Assembly (NCBI GenBank): GCA_045637945.1
Contig: JAZUAI010000048.1
Coordinates: 1-58,340, forward strand
Source: Clostridia bacterium
GTDB lineage: Bacteria > Bacillota > Clostridia > Christensenellales > UBA1242
Direction of reading: 5' to 3'
Length of the DNA: 58,340 bases
This document shows positions 55,287 to 58,340 of the stretch, piece by piece. The position numbers were made by a program, and so were the translations under genes. The notes beneath the pieces are model-generated. The model was not told where the DNA came from, searched no databases, and saw nothing but the letters and a program-made list of their open reading frames with translations. Positions within the stretch are counted from its first letter, which is position 1, and every line of letters starts with the position of its first letter.

Positions 55287-57203
55287 TTAAGTTTCTAGCA
55301 AAAACCACTCTTCTGTTAGTTTTTCAATTTCTTTATTTTTATCTTCAATTTGTTTTTGAAATTCCATAAGTTTTACATAATCGGTAAATATTTCTGGTTT
55401 TTCAAAATTAGCAGAAATTTCTTTTATTTCTTTTTCAAGTTCAGCAATTCTTCTGTCAATCTTCTTTCTTTTTGCTTCAGCTTTTGCTTTTTCTTTGCCA
55501 AGTAAATATTGATTTTTATTTTTTGTATTTTCTTGAACTTCTAAAACTTGTTCTTTAATTTTCTTAGGCTCATCTTTTGCAAAGATCTCTGTTTGCTTAA
55601 TATTTTTTTCATACTCACTGTAAGTTGTATCTTTTAAAAACCTGCTAGTATCTTCTTCAAAAACAATTAAACCTTTTGCAATTTTATTTACAAAATATCT
55701 ATCATGAGAAACAAAAATAATCGTGCCTTCATAATTTTCAAGCATATTCTCAAGAGCAACTTTTCCAGCTATATCCATATGGTTTGTTGGTTCGTCTAAA
55801 ACAAGAAAGTTTGGTTTTGTATAAAGAAGTTTACAAAGTTCAAGCCTAACCATTTCACCACCAGATAATTCTCTTAAGTTTTTAAAAACATCATCTTTAG
55901 TAAAACAGAACGAACCTAAAATTGTTCTTGCTCTTTCAGTATCAAGTTCAGGAAATTTGTTTATAAAATGATCTAAAACACTTTCATTTGAAATATTATT
56001 AGTTGCAGTTTGTTGGTCAAAATATCCAACTTGAACATTTGTTCCGTATTTTAGTTTCCCTCTAATCAATGGAATTTTGCCTACAATAGTTTTAAGTAAA
56101 GTTGATTTACCCAAACCATTGCCACCAACCACAGCAACTTTATCTCCTTTAAATATCTTAAATGAAATTCTTGTTAGTGTTTTGTCATAACCAATTTCAA
56201 TATCATGTGCAAATAAAACATCGTTGCCACTTTCAACTTTTGGCTTAATATCCGCAGAAAAAACTTTTGTATCAGCACTTTCTGGTTTTTCAATATCACC
56301 CATTTTTTCAATTTGCTTTAATTTGCTTTGAGCCATAGCGGCTTTTGTTGCTTTATATCTAAACCTATCTGCTAACGCTTGCAATCTTTCTTTTTCTTTC
56401 TTTTGCGATTCATAATCTTTTAAATCTTTTTCATAGTTTAATTCTTTTAATTTTGCAAAAGCAGAATAATTGCCAGAATATTTTTTTATTTTACCTCTTT
56501 CAATTTCATAAACAACATTAACAAATTTATCTAAAAATGCTCTATCGTGAGATACAACTATTATAGCTTTGTTATAATTTTGCAAATATTCTTCAAGCCA
56601 CTCAATACTTGTTAAATCTAAGTGGTTTGTTGGTTCGTCTAATATTAATAAATCTGGTTTACATAAAAGCAATTTAATAAGGGCAATTTTTGTTCTTTGC
56701 CCACCTGAAAACTCTTTTAAAGGTTTTTTCTTATCGCTTTCTAAAAATCCAAATTTTTTAATAGCAGTATTATATTCTTTTTGATATGTATAACCACCGA
56801 TAAGATCAAATTTGTTTAAAAGATCTTCATATTTTTCAGAGTTTTTATTATAGTTGCCTAAAAGCATATCATTTTCTAATTTATCTATTTTGGATTTTAG
56901 TCTCAAAATTTCACCATATGCTTTTAAAATTTCATCTTCAAAAGTAACATTTTCATCTTCAAATGCAATTTGTTTTAAATAGCCAATTTCAAACTTTCCT
57001 GTTTTTACAATTTGGTTTGTATCACTAAAAATTGTTGTATCAATTTCTTGCTCTCCGGTAATAACTTTTAAAAGAGTTGTTTTGCCACAGCCATTTCTGC
57101 CAATTAAAGCAATTTTATCTTTTTCATTAACAACAAAATCTATGTTTTTTAAAACTTCGTTTTCTCCAAACGAAACAGATATTTTATTTAAACTTAATCT
57201 CAT
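55287..57203 (-). CDS. ABC-F family ATPase (translation/ribosome-associated type)
   Basis: 638 aa. It has two ABC cassettes (GRNGCGKTT/FSGGQ/LILDEPT and GGNGLGKST/LSGGE/LVLDEPT), no TM domain, an inter-domain linker and a coiled-coil C-terminus. Confidence 0.9.
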   Translation of the reverse strand: MRLSLNKISVSFGENEVLKNIDFVVNEKDKIALIGRNGCGKTTLLKVITGEQEIDTTIFSDTNQIVKTGKFEIGYLKQIAFEDENVTFEDEILKAYGEILRLKSKIDKLENDMLLGNYNKNSEKYEDLLNKFDLIGGYTYQKEYNTAIKKFGFLESDKKKPLKEFSGGQRTKIALIKLLLCKPDLLILDEPTNHLDLTSIEWLEEYLQNYNKAIIVVSHDRAFLDKFVNVVYEIERGKIKKYSGNYSAFAKLKELNYEKDLKDYESQKKEKERLQALADRFRYKATKAAMAQSKLKQIEKMGDIEKPESADTKVFSADIKPKVESGNDVLFAHDIEIGYDKTLTRISFKIFKGDKVAVVGGNGLGKSTLLKTIVGKIPLIRGKLKYGTNVQVGYFDQQTATNNISNESVLDHFINKFPELDTERARTILGSFCFTKDDVFKNLRELSGGEMVRLELCKLLYTKPNFLVLDEPTNHMDIAGKVALENMLENYEGTIIFVSHDRYFVNKIAKGLIVFEEDTSRFLKDTTYSEYEKNIKQTEIFAKDEPKKIKEQVLEVQENTKNKNQYLLGKEKAKAEAKRKKIDRRIAELEKEIKEISANFEKPEIFTDYVKLMEFQKQIEDKNKEIEKLTEEWFLLET

Positions 57204-57302
57204 GCTGTTATTATATCACATTAAGTTTAGTTATCAAATAATAAAAATAAAACACTTTACCTTTTTTGTGATAAAGTGTTTTTTATTTGACTTAATTTAA
57301 TT

Positions 57303-57959
57303 TTATGTTGAAGATGTCATATCAATGCAAGAATCAGTTATTGGTGAAGACATTACAAAATCATACAAAGAACCATTCTTAATTGTTGCTGCAGCCCTAA
57401 GAACAGCGCCTCTGGTTGAAAACATAAGAGGATCTAATTCTTGATCTTTATAGCTACCTTCTACAGAAAGATAAGGAACTTCAGTATCAGCATACCCCCT
57501 AGTAGTTGATTTATGATAATGTGCACAGTGACCAGCAACAACATCATCAACCATTTCAACTTGCTCTTCAGGTTTATTTGTTAAAATCAAAGTACAATGG
57601 TCTACCTCATCAAAACAACCAGGTTCTCCTTGCTTATACAACATAGAACAAGCATATTCTTCTCCATACTTTGCATAGTGACTTCTATGTGTTAAAACAG
57701 AAAGACCTTTATGAGCAACAATTTCATAATCAGGCTTACCTTGTTTCATAGCTTCAGATTTTCTTAATTCTTCAGCAAGAAGCAAAGTTTTATGCATTGT
57801 TAAACTTGTTGAAAAAACAATTTTATCTTCTGCAGGATTATCTTTTCCAGCTTTATCTCTTACTGTGTAACAAAAAACTTTTGAAGATGAAGATGCTAAA
57901 AAGTCTTCAACAATATTTTGAGTTGCAGTTTTATTTTGAGTTTCAGATTGATTTTTCAT
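57303..57959 (-). CDS. Hypothetical Cys/His-rich protein
   Basis: ORF of about 218 aa from MKNQSE (GGGGG SD upstream). It contains DHC and GHCAHYH clusters. I recognise no family. Confidence 0.55.
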   Translation of the reverse strand: MKNQSETQNKTATQNIVEDFLASSSSKVFCYTVRDKAGKDNPAEDKIVFSTSLTMHKTLLLAEELRKSEAMKQGKPDYEIVAHKGLSVLTHRSHYAKYGEEYACSMLYKQGEPGCFDEVDHCTLILTNKPEEQVEMVDDVVAGHCAHYHKSTTRGYADTEVPYLSVEGSYKDQELDPLMFSTRGAVLRAAATIKNGSLYDFVMSSPITDSCIDMTSST

Positions 57960-58170
57960 AATTCTAACCCCCATCTTTTTATGATTAAATTATAGCATAT
58001 ACACAAAGAAATAACAACCTCTAGTAAAAACTTTGGTTAAACTGCCCTATATAACATAGGATAAGTAAAAAATTGGTTATATATATAGGTAAACAAAACT
58101 TTTTTATATTTTAAAAATTAAAGAAATAAAAAAAAGAACCCTTTTACAGATTCTTTTAAATTATCATTAT

Positions 58171-58257
58171 TGGTGCCGAAGGCCGGACTCGAACCGGCAC
58201 GAAGTTGCCCTCGAGGGATTTTAAGTCCCTTGTGTCTACCAATTCCACCACTACGGC
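58171..58257 (-). tRNA. tRNA-Leu (anticodon TAA)
   Basis: The reverse complement is GCCGTAG-TG-GTGGAATTGGTAGACAC, with anticodon stem AGGGA/TCCCT and loop CTTAAAA, a long variable arm, T arm GCCGG-TTCGAGT-CCGGC, and CCA. There is one U-U mismatch at 5:68. Confidence 0.85.
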
Positions 58258-58282
58258 AAAGACTGCTAGGTTTAATAAATTT

Positions 58283-58340
58283 TGGAGGCACCACCCAGAT
58301 TCGGACTGGGGATGAAGGTTTTGCAGACCTCTGCCTTACC
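58283..58340 (-). tRNA. tRNA-Cys (anticodon GCA), 5' part cut off by the window end
   Basis: The reverse complement reads ..GGTCTGCAAAACC.. (loop CTGCAAA), T arm CCCAG-TCCGAAT-CTGGG, and 3' end TGGTGCCTCCA. Confidence 0.7.

Overview
This is a 58.3-kb, strongly AT-rich chromosomal segment from an endospore-forming low-GC Firmicute (Clostridia-like). The sporulation and division core is present: ftsA-ftsZ-spoIIGA-sigE with sigG, spoIVA, ylbJ and ylmC/ymxH. Most of the window is housekeeping: aspS, glyQS behind a Gly T-box, ackA-pta, comEB, der-plsY, feoAB, nrdR, hpf, ctsR-clpC, dinB, asnA, glcK, pnuC, a cadC-cadA metal efflux pair, three ABC systems and an ABC-F protein. There are 10 tRNA genes in four clusters; the last one is cut by the window edge. 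I saw no rRNA, CRISPR array, transposase, integrase or phage genes. All calls come from reading the supplied translations and the DNA by eye; no searches or folding programs were run. The items most worth follow-up are listed here. (1) A promoter, a 26-codon ORF with 10 Asn codons and an intrinsic terminator sit directly upstream of asnA, which looks like a candidate Asn-sensing attenuator. (2) A structured leader with a 50-codon ORF and a terminator lies upstream of an ABC-2 transporter operon. (3) An orphan ABC-type ATPase keeps Walker A, but its Q-loop, signature, Walker B Glu and H-loop are all degenerate, and it is paired with a small PucR-type HTH protein. (4) A serine-palmitoyltransferase-like alpha-oxoamine synthase is present. 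(5) Two distant HExxH (ImmA/IrrE-like) paralogs lack an Xre partner. (6) A small accessory patch next to a tRNA cluster encodes HExxH, SIMPL, TSCPD and deoxyribosyltransferase-like proteins. (7) sigG is inverted relative to spoIIGA-sigE. I cannot point to one clearly novel multi-gene system with confidence.
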